A stretch of DNA of 64,000 nucleotides from Lama guanicoe. Taxonomy: Eukaryota. The stretch is taken from the NCBI GenBank assembly GCA_013239625.1, contig MU054187.1, positions 4,971,757 through 5,035,756 on the forward strand, read 5' to 3'. The notes under the pieces are model-generated. The model saw nothing but the letters and a program-made list of their open reading frames with translations, searched no databases and was not told the DNA's origin. Within the stretch, counting starts at the first letter, position 1; each line of letters starts with the position of its first letter. The translations under genes were made by a program, and so were the position numbers. Shown here in pieces: positions 40,151-52,200 of the stretch.

Positions 40151-43019
40151 CTGGAAGGAATCTAAATCTCCTACTGCAATTTAACTTAACGTTACAAGGT
40201 TAATTAAACACAAACAGACGACCACGGAAAGTTGTGGGATCTTGGCTCGTAGGTAGAAAACCACATATCTTGGCTGGTTTAGGTATACTTCTGCCTGGAA
40301 TGAGGAGCCTGGGTTGCATCACTCCCCACGTTTGCTTACAGTATCTTATATAACCGGTCTTAGAGCCTTGTAACGTCTCCCGGGCACGGATGAGACACAC
40401 ATCCATGCGAACTCCGGGACTGAAATAAAAAGCACAGCAAGTCCCACATACAAAGCAAATCTTGAGTTTTCACACTTGGCATGAGAAGGAGAAGTGTTAT
40501 TTTTAAATTGGCTCCTTTCCCGAACACTATTAAGGAGAACTCTAGTTTGGAACAATATTTTATTATAGCACTAAAAGATAGTCCCAAATCATTAGCATAC
40601 TGAGTTCACTGAACGACTGACCAATACTACATTCAAAGCAGTCTGTTTAGAGCTAAGAAAGGGCTGAACTAGAGTTTAGCAGCTAACCACAAATGATGCT
40701 TATTTTTAGCCTTATTAGGAATTCGACATTAAAAAAACACCCTAAACCACACACTTTTATTATCTATGGTCAAAAATAAGCACCAAAAAAAGCAGCCCAG
40801 TTTTTCACAGTATTACAGTGGTTTAATACACTGCTCTTATGTGCCGCAGTATTCAAAAAAGGGTAATTTGTGGAAAAAGTAGCTGTAATTGCTAAACATT
40901 TGATGAATTGTGGCATAACACTAAATAATCATTCTTCATCTTTTTTCTTCTGTCAAAGTGGGCAAACCGTTTCTTTTCACTGCTTTCCCCTCTTATTTTT
41001 GAAAGAAAGAAACAAACCAGGGTGACAGGCATTCCATTTTAAACAAATGCTTCTATTATTTCATATCTAAACGTGGCTGACATCATCAGCTCCTTCGTGT
41101 CCTAAGAGATACTTAGCTCGGATCCACTGTTACATACTTTATGCATTACACGAAATAAAATATCTCCAGATTTTGAAAATATTTATTTTAAAAACAGCAA
41201 TCAAATTGTCTGTAATTACATTTTCTGCTTGGCTTTGAAAGCTACATTATTCAATATGCCAGTGGTCCTTTCCATAATGGCGACATATTAGCAATTCATG
41301 CTGCTGTAATACATCTGACTTCCTTGATGTACGCACTCCCCACGGACCCAGAGGAACACTCCTGCCCCAGTTCCGTGTGTCCTGCACAGGACCTACCGAA
41401 GTGACGCTTGTCAAAACAGTCGTACAGCGGCCTTTGAATGCAAAGTGTGCTGTGACTGAAAGCGACAAATGACAATAAATCCGAGTATATACATTCTGCT
41501 TGCTTTTGTTGCCTGGGAAAAAAGAAGGCTTTTGGGAAATAAACTCCCCAATTGCATTGCCTTTTAACACCTTTTTCCATTTTAAACTCCAGAACTGGAA
41601 ATTTGAAGCATTCAAAGAAATTGAAATTCTCCTTTGTTGCTTTCTTTCATTGTAAATTTTCGATAATGTGTCATTAGGACCCGCAGTCTACAAAAAGCCC
41701 AGGTTCTAAACGAATCCTTTCGGCGAGGCCATTCTGAAACTTCGCACGGTTTTTCTTTGTATGAAAGGGCTTCTGTTGCCCACACAAAGAACAAGCGATC
41801 GCCACATATCGGCCAGGCGGGCAGGCCTTGGATGACTTTATACAAGGTTGCATTTTCCCTTCCCCAGTTCAGGGTGAAACCCAGCAGAGAGTGTGCCAGG
41901 GCGGGGAGGGAAGGGGGAGGCTCTTGACTTCAGTTTGTAGGAATCCAAGGATTTTTCTTAAACTGTGAATATTTAAAACAAAGATTTTCTTATCCTATCT
42001 TTCTCCCCAAATAGCTCTGTAGTTTCTTCTGAACAACATGAAAACAATGTCACTTTCTTAATGGCAGAAAAACAGCTTCCACTCAAAAGAATGTTCTATT
42101 CAACAGGTTCAAATATCTTAAGAACTCACTAGGCGTTGGGGCAGGGGAACAGGTGAAACACTGAGAAAGCCCAAGGGATGGTGGGAAAAATGACTAAGTG
42201 ACTAAAGTGATAAGTTGTGCGAGTCGTGACTCTGGATCACAGTTGTGTGGTCGCGAGAAAATGAATCGGAGTAAAATGGCAGCCCTGGGAAGGATCTCAG
42301 AGACTGACTAGTCTTGTGGTTTTCCATCTTCCAGGGGGTGGTAGAATCCTCTGTGCAAGGGCACTTTTATAGGAAATATGAATGAGGAGGTGAATCAGAG
42401 CAACACCACTCTGGCCGATTCCTAGATCCCCCTGGGCTCCCCCAGCTCTAGCTCCCCCTGATCCAGCCCAACCCCACTGGTTCCAGGCGGGGGACAGTGA
42501 AGTGCCCATGGTCAGCAAGCTGATCCAAGGCAGGGTTCTTCTCCAGTGCTCTTCAAATCCGGCTCCACTCTTGGAAAAGCACAGGCTAGTCAAGTACCCA
42601 CTCTCAAAATAACTCAAAGGGACTTTGAGAAAAATGGGACTCTTGCATATTGGGTCATGAATGGCTGTTTAACTTGGACCTAGAGAATCAGAACTAGTTG
42701 GCACTTGTTTGACGGTATATACTAATAGAAATCCTATCCTGTTTTATAGCCGGGTCTTGGAAAAATAGGGACTTTAAGAAAATGGAATCTTTTTTCGAGT
42801 GCCAGAAATCTTAACGTTTTTCAGGAGTCCTGACTGACTACCAACACGTAAAATGGCACAGGCAAGAAAATACAAAAAGGAAGTGGTGGGAAGTTTGGGA
42901 AGAAAAACATGTCACCCTAAGAATGTTTCATCTCTATGGACGTTTACGGCACATTTCAGAAGGCAATCTTGGTATTTCACCCTGGTGACCTGTTTATCAG
43001 AAAGGGATTCCCACTGACT

Positions 43020-43240
43020 ATCTAGCACCTACTGTGCGACAGGTGCTGCTTTACAGATATTAACTGCTTTAGTGCTCACAACATTGTGGGACTGAATGTC
43101 TTACTATACTCATTTTAAGGTAAGAAAACAGGCACAGAAGGGTTATGTAAGTTGCTTAACCTCACATAGCTGGTATGTGGCTGGGCCAGGATTTGAACTG
43201 AGCCAGTCGTGGCCCAGAGATGTCAGTTTTAATCACAATG
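43020..43240 (-). mobile_element. MIR SINE, near full length
   Basis: CTCATTTTAAGGTAAGAAAACAGGCACAGAAGGGTTATGTAAGTTGCTTAACCTCACATAGCTGGTATGTGGCTGGGCCAGGATTTGAACT. Other MIR-like remnants lie near 10960, 12300, 15730, 35850, 36400, 43460-43650, 50150 and 56670. Confidence 0.85.
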
Positions 43241-45446
43241 GTGTATAAGGATGCTCAGGAGAAGGTAAAGATTTCTTTGGTGACTAGCAGGCTTATGGCT
43301 GTCTTTTTTTTTTTTGACAGATGTGAAGAACATTAAGGATTTAAGTATAAATAACTCTTCTGAAAGATCTTCTTGCTAATGCATTTTTAACTTCTCCAAA
43401 AGAGTCATCCACATGCAGGCTTGCTTTTCATATTTTATCTAACAAACTTACATAATAATGCTTCCTATGTGCCAACCAGTGGTCTAAGCAAATGTTAAAT
43501 ATTCATTTCACTCCATAGGTAAGGACCACCATTATCCTTGTTTTTCAGATAAGAAAGCTGGGGTACTCACTGGCTGAGCCACTGAGCAAGTCACTTAACT
43601 ACCCTGAACCTCAATTTTCATTCGTAAAATTGGGATAATAATACTCATTCAGGTATTGATTTCTTATCACTGACTGAATTCTTTACATCCAATAAATATT
43701 ATACGTTTATTGGAAGCACTTAAATCAGTGAAACTATGTTGCCAGTGGGGATAAAATACAAGAAAATTTAAATATAAAATAAATTCTCAGAGAAGATTAT
43801 CTATTGTACAAAACAGCAACATATAGAACATAGAATAATGCATAGATGTTAAACATTACAAAAGCCTCTAAAATAGATACAATATCTAAATGAGAACTAA
43901 AATATTTTCACCTCTTTGATCCATTCAAATTCTTCAATTCCATCATGTGAAAATACTAACACACAGATTCAAGCACCACACTAACAGCAAAAGGCTCAGA
44001 TTGAATGACATTTGAAGAGATTTTGGAATAAGAAAACAAAGCTGAAGATAGTTGATCCTAGAGGTAAATCTGCCGGGGGAGGGGATGGGCTTATACTCAG
44101 AGGATTTTAATATTTACCTTGAGTTCATTATTTAGATTTCACAAGTGTTAGTTTTTATGAGTTGTTCCCATATCGTAGGTGACCTTGAAAGAAGAGCTCA
44201 GAAGAGCACTGTAATTTCTAGGTATCCTGATTTCTGGAGCCACTATTTCCCTGTCTGTGTCGAGTACTGATGGATCTAAATTGTGCACTATTCATAAATA
44301 CACATCAACAACTGGCAAAACAATTACCAGCTGGGCTGTTACATTTTATGACCACATTAGACATAAGCATAGTTGCTAGGAAAGAGTTTTAACCACTTTT
44401 TACAAAGAAGCCTGAAAGGAATATGGTGCAGTCCTAAAGTTCCTTACAAAGAAAATCATCCCTACTGGTTTTTAAATGTAAAATGTGGCAACATGAAGGA
44501 CTGTTCATCTTTAGATCCACTTATTTGCGAATGATGTGGAAACAGCTTGCCAGCCCATATTTCTGTTCTCACTGTCACCACCTGGTGTATCTCAATGCTC
44601 CTTGTCTGGGTTATGAATGACAAAAGAACCCTCAGACTTTCCACAACTTCAGTTTCTGACCACTGCCACCCCCCAGAGAGATGCCAGAAGGAGCTTTCAT
44701 AACACTTTTACCTTGAGTGAAAACAGCCTTAGAATTCCTTAGAATTTTTAGAATTCCTTAGAATTCATCATACCTTTGGTTTTTGAAGCTTTGGGTCGAA
44801 ACTCCCAGCTTAAAATAGCCAGCCTGCTTTTCAAACACTCTCTCCTGTATGCTTTTTCCTTCCTTTCTATTTGTCCAAATCAAAACTATCTTTCAAGGCC
44901 TGATGGACACCTTACCTTTTCCACTAAGTTTCATAAACTATCCAAGCCAGATTACTGTCACTTCTTCCAATGAGGAATTCCCACTGGGTTCATAGACAGT
45001 AAAGCTGAGTTTAGTCCTTCTCTTGGTCTCTAATTGCTTCATGTTTCACTCAAATTGTTTCATACCTATTTATATTTTTTCTGTAGTTTACAAGCTCCTG
45101 GAGGACAGTGACCATATCTTATCAATCATTTGAGTCCTTTCAAGCATGTAGCGCATGATAAGCATTTAAAATGTACACGCTAATGAGTGAGGCATGTGAT
45201 AGCTCAACATAAGAATTAAAAAGGCTCCTTGCCTCTCAGAGGAATTGGTAGACTCCAATAAAGTTGGCCTTTCCAACTTTATTAGCTTTGCACTGCAATT
45301 TTTCAGTATATCAAACTCTGGCTCCTAGAGATCCAAGCCTTGAAACAGAATTCTTAACAGATTTCAGTTACTTTCTCCAAGACCCCACTGGCTTAGACAA
45401 TGGGTTTAATACAGACTGAATGTTAAATCAACATCACTAACTGGAC

Positions 45447-45642
45447 CTATGCTGTCTAGTATAATAGCCACTAGGTCCATGTGGCTACCTTAAATATAAA
45501 GTAATTAAAATGTAATTAAATAAAAATTAGTCCTTCGGTCACACTAGCTACATTCAAAATGCTCAACAGCCAATGACTCCTGTTGTTGGACACTGGATAG
45601 CAGAAGAGCCACCACCACAGAAAGTTCTATTGGACGGTGCTG
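45447..45642. mobile_element. MER3-like hAT-Charlie element
   Basis: TAGCCACTAGGTCCATGTGGCTA...GTCACACTAGCTACATTCAAAATGCTCAACAGCCA...CAGAAAGTTCTATTGGACGGTGCTG. Confidence 0.8.
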
Positions 45643-47901
45643 GAGTCAATCTAAAGTCTCGCCAAAATTCGTATGTACATTTGTTGGAGTAGCTGTTTAC
45701 CTACATCACAGAATGCTAGGACCAGAACTGTGCGTCGGCAAATAGACGTCCACCTTACGATGTGGTTTGGAGGCACTGGGAAGGCTCACCATCCCATGAA
45801 AAAACCCGCAAGACTCACCTTACCAAGAACTACAACGGCAAATTGGAGCTCCACTCACTCGGCTTAGGCCAAACAGGGCACTTCTGCCTTGGAAAGTGGT
45901 AAACGTTCCAAGAGAAATACCATGTTCATGGAAAAATACCTCAGTCTATTTTTTGACAGGGGGTTGCATGGAAAAAGCACAAAGAATTAGAATGAGCAGA
46001 AACTCCTGACAGGGAAAGAGGGATGCACAGGAGAGGAAGGGCCTAGAACATGGCGTGTTTCCTGGCTGTGACGAGGTGCAGTCCTGAGCGTGCCATCTGA
46101 GGATGGCGTCTACCGAGGACAGCAAATCTGGGGAGATCCCAGATGCTTGTATACTGAGGGGGCACAAGCCCCTCTCAGAGAGTGAATGGTGAACTGAGAG
46201 GGTCCTAGGAATGCTAAGAAGGCAAATTACATAAAGGAAATGGGGTTTTGAGACCACAGCTATGCCTCAAAAATATAACTGAGCATCTCACTCTCCAGCC
46301 CATGGCCCAACTTTACACACAGACAAGGCAGCATGGAGGGGAGAAGTGGTTTTGTACACACCGTGTTCATCCTTCCTCCCCTTCTCCATGAACGGGGAGC
46401 CTAGAAGGCATGCCCTGGATGCCTCGCTGACTCGTGAACCAGTTTGAAGGCTTGGCCCTGAAGACGAATAGGCTTGTGACTTTCCAAGGTTAGTAGTTTA
46501 AGTACAACATTATTCAGATTTACACATTTAGCGTGTTTTCTTAAAAGGCTGTTTTCTACTTTATGAAGTCATAGTTAATACGCTTAGGATAATCTATACA
46601 AGTGGAACATAATCTAAAAACCGGGGCAACGGTGCTGAGTTTTCTGCCAGTACTGGTGCTGGAAACAAGCCCTTCCCACTTGGCCTCCCAGCCGGCTGCC
46701 AGTTCTCGGGAGAATCCTACACCCCACCAGCCCCGAGGCACAAGGCTCTGGGGTTCATTCCCCAAAACTTCTGTGGGGTTTCTTGTACCTCTCCTTTTCT
46801 TCCCCCTTTACGTTCATGATTAACAGAAAAACCTTCTTGTGAAGTCACTCAAGTTAGAGTCACATCCCCCAGTGGTTTCAGTAAGTGCTAACATGAGACA
46901 CTTTCCAATCAGAAACAACGTAATACGAGCACGTGAGCTGATTTGTTCATTGTGAATGTGGCAGCCCTGTTGAGGGACTTACAGAAAGGACAATAGAGAT
47001 GGCTGGACTGTTAAGTGATTGAACAGAAACCAAAGGATGCTCATTAGAAGTCACTGTCAACCTGAGAGAAAGTTTTATGACATGGTAGAAAGCCCCGCCC
47101 TCAGCCATACACTCCTGAAAATATTTGACTCCTTGAGACACAGACAGAGAAAGTATTCAGTTCTTAGATGACATAAAAATCACAAGGACAGATTTCATGA
47201 TGTCAGCATTTAAGTATGGGACGCCTGTTAAAAATTATAGACCCCTCAACACTCAAGGTAGGGGCTAGGAATTTAATTTTTGCTAGCTTTCTAGGTAAAT
47301 CTGCGACTGGCTGAACATGAGAAGATTCAGAGTGACAACAAGGCCGGCAGACTGAAGCACCTTAGCAGGGATAAGTTTTGATCACCCCAGTTACACCTTC
47401 CAAACAAACAATGAAAATGGTTTTCTTGCTTTCCTATCATGTAAATTTGCGGAATTTGAGAGCGGAAAATAGGGAAGAAACGAGTTCTCCTGGCAGTTCT
47501 TGTTCAGAAGATGGGGGACTCTGCTTGTGGGGAGGAACCCGCAGTAGATGAGATGGGGCACCTTTTCCAATAACTTTTTATCTGAAAGCAAGTAAGACAG
47601 TTTGACCACATGACCGGACATTCAGTGTCCCATGATATTGAGTACTTTGGATTATAAATATGACTAATCGAGTATGTAATTAATTGATTTTGTCTTTACT
47701 TAAACATAAGAGGGAAAGTTGCTTTAGGATTTTATAGGACTTACGGAGAACCTCTGCCATAGGTCAGAATGTATTCCTCGTTTCAGAGAGCCGCATTACG
47801 ACAATTCAAAGCGTCTCGCGTTGAATTCGACCTTGCCCTCCGCCGGCCCCCCTCCCCCGCCGCCGGCCCCTCCCCCCCGCAAATCAGCGAGCCCCGCTTA
47901 C

Positions 47902-48144
47902 CACGGAGATGGAGCCGGGAAGCAGCGCGCCGTCCTGCCCCAGCATGTTGGACACGGTGATTTCGGGGAGGTCCATGTTTTGCGGGTGGAACGGGAGCAG
48001 GCCATTGTGGTTCATGGGGTGACACAGAGAGTGGTAGCCAGGTTCGACTTCGTTCAGGTGCACCAGCGAGTGGTCGGGGAGGGACGGAGGGGTGATGGGT
48101 GGAATGTTGAAGTCTTCACTTTCCAGGCTTGGCCCAGGGTACGA
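47902..48144 (-). CDS. TOX: Internal coding exon of TOX (equivalent to human exon 3; N-terminal region upstream of the HMG box), 81 codons
   Basis: Translates SYPGPSLESEDFNIPPITPPSLPDHSLVHLNEVEPGYHSLCHPMNHNGLLPFHPQNMDLPEITVSNMLGQDGALLPGSISV, near-identical to recalled human TOX. Acceptor ...CCCTGTTCTCTTTTCAG| ends at 48145; donor |GTAAGC begins at 47901. 243 bp, phase 0/0. Confidence 0.97.
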
Positions 48145-48982
48145 CTGAAAAGAGAACAGGGACATGGTTGGAAATTATCACCCCTTCTCTTCATCGTCGT
48201 GAACAAACGCACAGGACCCCTTCAGATACTCCCAGCAGCATCCTGGACTCGGCAGGTAAGGTTATCCCGCCACCGTTTCACTGTTATGCACGGAAGGACT
48301 GACCTCAAAGGCCTGTCCATCTCCCGCATAAAGAGCGCCTCCATAAGGCAGCTTTATGTTCCCAAGAAGCTGGACTCAACCAGATTTCAAAGTCCCCGTT
48401 AAAATTTTCCAGAGTTTTAATCTAGCTCAATACCTTTTTTTTTTTCCATGGGAATTGTGGGGCAGGAAGGCAATTTATCAAATTAATGTTTGATCAAACA
48501 TGTTTCATAGGGCTCACTACTGCTCAGATTGTGAGATGTAATAAAATGAATTCCAGAAGCTCTGGGGCAATTGCTTTCAGGTTTTGGAGAACCATGTGCT
48601 CACAATGCACCAAAGAAAGAGAATTAGGAAAGAAGTCACTTAAGTACGTTGCACAAGTGTGGTTGCAGAGAAAGTCTGGTATATGAAGAGAAGGCCATTA
48701 AAAGCTATTTTTATCACAAAGATTATGTCATCAAAATAAAAATAACATGGCTTTCCTGACTTCTGACTACTCTCACTTATTTAATTTTCCTCTAAAACAT
48801 GATAAATAACATTGCAATCATTTAAATTCAGTTTGGCCAATTTCAAAAGGCAAAAATGACACTAATTGTATTATAATACTAATTTAGGAATAAAAGTCAA
48901 TAAGTAAAACAAGTAACGTGGGCTTTTTCTTTCAGTAAGGAGATTTTTAATTTTTTTTGCTTTTTAAAATCTTTAATATTCT

Positions 48983-49222
48983 TTTTTATTCTGATAAAAT
49001 ATACATAATATAAAAGTTACCATTTTAACCATTTTTAAGTGTATGGTTCCATGGGACTATGTACATTCACATTGTTGTACAACCATAACCACTGTCTATG
49101 CTCGGAATTCTTTCATCACCCCAGAACGAAACTCTGCACCCACTGAACAATAGCTCCCTCTACCTGCTCCCCCCAGCCCCTGGTGACCGCCATTCGACTT
49201 TCTGTCTCTATGAATTTGCCTA
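48983..49222 (-). mobile_element. L1MB-type 3' end
   Basis: TACCATTTTAACCATTTTTAAGTGTA...TACATTCACATTGTTGTACAACCAT...CCCCAGCCCCTGGTGACCGCCATTCGACTTTCTGTCTCTATGAATTTGCCTA. Confidence 0.88.
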
Positions 49223-52200
49223 CAGAAAGTAGCTTTTAGATAAAAGGGGAAGGGAGGGAACAAAGACGGAAGGAAAGATTATATGAGGCCACGCCTGCGT
49301 AGACATGGAATGTGGTAAACACTGAACATATAAGGAGGAACCGAATACTACAACATTGTTCCCATTCATATCAAAACAGTGATATTTAGCGGTCTTTGGA
49401 GATCAGGTGTCATAACACGAAGGACACAAATTGGGTCCCGATAACTCTCGTGAGCCTGTCTCTCAAAGTAAGCGCTTCTTCCTGGAGTCTGAGCGCGTGG
49501 GTGACAAGGACTCGCTTGTCTGACAGCAGCCCTGCTGGACTGTGCGAGATCTGAAATGAGCAGGCAGAGGGCAGGCGCCAAGGAAAGCAGTGTAAGGTAT
49601 TCACGGGGTGTGCAGCCAATAAGCTCCATACTCCTGCTTCCAAGCGCCTGGGGTTATTTTTTCCAGATGGCGTCTATTTGTCTAACAGAAAGAAAATCTT
49701 CAAGTTGCACTTGCTAAATGTTGTACGAGTTTTGATATATTTGTTGAGGTTTTGTCAGAAGACATGATTAAATGAAGAGCTCCTTGGAGCATCTGGCACA
49801 TGTAGAGGCACGTGTGGATTAGAGACTAGGGGTGTAGGAAGGAAAGATTTGATTCATCTCTGCAGATAATTTTTCTGAAATATCTGAAGTTCTGCTAAAA
49901 GAAAAAAAATCACCCACACTAGAAGTTCAAACATCAGTTACCAAATTTTTCTGTTTACAGTATCTATCTCGTCAGAAAAATATATTAGTGCCCTGTGTCA
50001 AGATTGCAAGTTTGATTAAACTCTTGCTTGCCTGAGATATTTTAGACCTTGAATCTGTAGATCTAAACCATCAGCCCCTAGTATAAGTATTCATATAAGA
50101 AGAAATATGAAAGATGCAAAATGGGCGGGGGGGAGGAAGCACGTTTATTAACGCTGAATTCGCGTAAAGCGCTGTATTGAGTCCTTTGACTAAACTGTCT
50201 TCATCCAATCCTTACAATAGCCCCTTTGTGTAGCTATTATTACCCTGTTTTCCTAAAGAGAAAATTGAGTGTCTGAAGTTAAACAACTTTCACTCAGCTG
50301 GTAAACAATCAACTCACTACATTTGAGGGATGAATATACGAAAGAGGAAGGCATTGTTATTGCTGATACTACTAAAAGTAGTTTAATTGCTATTATTTTA
50401 TTAAGTTGAATGATACAAAGTTGCCAATACTCAACTGTTTTTGATCAACAAAATTTCATAATTTAAGAATTAGTAACAGCGTTAGTATCAAGTTTTTCCT
50501 CTTCCCAAATTCCATCCCAATGCCCATCCCATTAAAATCAAATACTTACTCTATATGAGCACAAGTATTCGTAATTTGTTTGTCAACATTTCAAAGGCTG
50601 AAGCTATTGATCTGTATCTTTGAAACTTTCCTGAATAAGGTAGAATTAATGCCAGCCATAAAGGAAAAAGATGCTTTTAATTTTATAAATGCCATTAAAC
50701 CTCTGAAAACACTCAGGGATACTCTGCCTATGGTACACTGTAACTTTACATTCTAGAAATTCTCCAGGAGTTAAATCTTAGTTTGCAGTGTTTTAAAGGA
50801 AGGTTTAATTGGTATCACTTTACACCCAGTGATAACAATTGGACTGCAATTTAAGCTACATGGTTTATTTTCATGTAATTACATGTTAAATTTACTTAAT
50901 CCATGCACTTACATACCGAAACCACAGATTCCACAACTTAGCCGGTAATGGGGAGTTATGTGGATCAAGAATTTTAACAACAGAAGGTTACTTAGTAGTT
51001 TCTGTTCTTTACATTAGAAGTCATGAGATAGGTTTTTTTTTTTTGCAAGGAATCTATTACAGTGTAACTGATACTAAATAAAAGTATTGTGGTAATTGTA
51101 TAAATGTCAAAATGTCACAGAGCTCACAACAACTTCAATGCCAGACTAATTGCTAATTATTTTTTAATTTGGAAATGAATAGGGTAGTTCTTCAACATAG
51201 ATCTTAATGGCATAACATCTTGATTTTGGTTTCTTAAAACTTAACAGGAGTAAGTCTGACTTAACCCTATAAGTTATGTCTTCGAGATGACCTGCAGTTT
51301 TGGGGTAACAATCAGATATGAGTTAATATTTTCCCTTATTCCCCGTGAAGCTGGCTGGTTATAAACAACGTTCTGTTTGTTGAATGAATTAACAAATGAA
51401 TCTCTGAATGAATGCATACACCAGTGAATGAATGAGAAGGTGGTTCTTCAAAGTCATGAAGTTTATGGATCTACTGCTGTTACTCCATGGGCTTGAATAA
51501 ATGCCCAGTATTCCCGAGACTTGGTTCATTCTTCAATTCTGTTGAGACCAAAGATCATTTGATCCTCCCTAAGACCCTTGCATATCCCTATGAGACACAG
51601 GGCTATGTTGTTTTTGTCTTCGCCTAAGAGACCACCAAGGAGTCAGTCCACGTCTTCTGAGAATCTGTGGGGCTGGGTTCCAGTGCACCCAGCAGGTGCC
51701 AGCTTCCAAGGTGGTACCATCTTCCCATCAGCCTTGAGAGCGCCTTACCCCTCCCCATCCAGAGATCAGAATCTTCTCCGCGGTCTGAGCCACATAGCTG
51801 CCTCCACCCCAAGAAATGATAAAAGTCAGTGGTGACCATCTACACAAATGCAGAGAAGTACTTAGGGCTAATTAACGGTATGGAACTCGAGTCAATGCAT
51901 TACATTTTATCTTGGATCGTCACCATGTTAAGGAAGGTAAACTGGAAACAAAGAAGCAGGCAAAGGGGCCTGCTCTACACTGTAGCCAGTCTGCATGATC
52001 TCCATGATTCAAAGAACTCAAAATTATATTACTCTTGCTCCACCAGATTCTCTCTGAGCCTAAGCTTCTCACTGGTCCTAGACACAGGCCAGTCTCATTC
52101 TGCTGCTGGTGCTGGGATCTGCCGTTGCCAGCTCCACCCCTGACCCGGAGACTCTGCGGGCCTGTGTGTGTCCAGTGAGCAAGAGTCAAGAGTCATGGAA

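Larger units (their letters stand above)
1..47901 (-). other. TOX: TOX intron downstream of the exon (intron 3 by human numbering), partial
   Basis: Begins with GTAAGC donor on the minus strand. The next TOX exon (MPDIRNPEG... in human, recalled) is absent from the ORF track. Confidence 0.8.

Noticed and set aside
47821..48402. 193-aa plus-strand ORF
   Set aside because: Antisense shadow of the GC-rich TOX exon, with a non-ATG start.
48496..48505. Palindrome AAACATGTTT (p53-like half-site)
   Set aside because: No convincing second half-site; common in AT-rich DNA.
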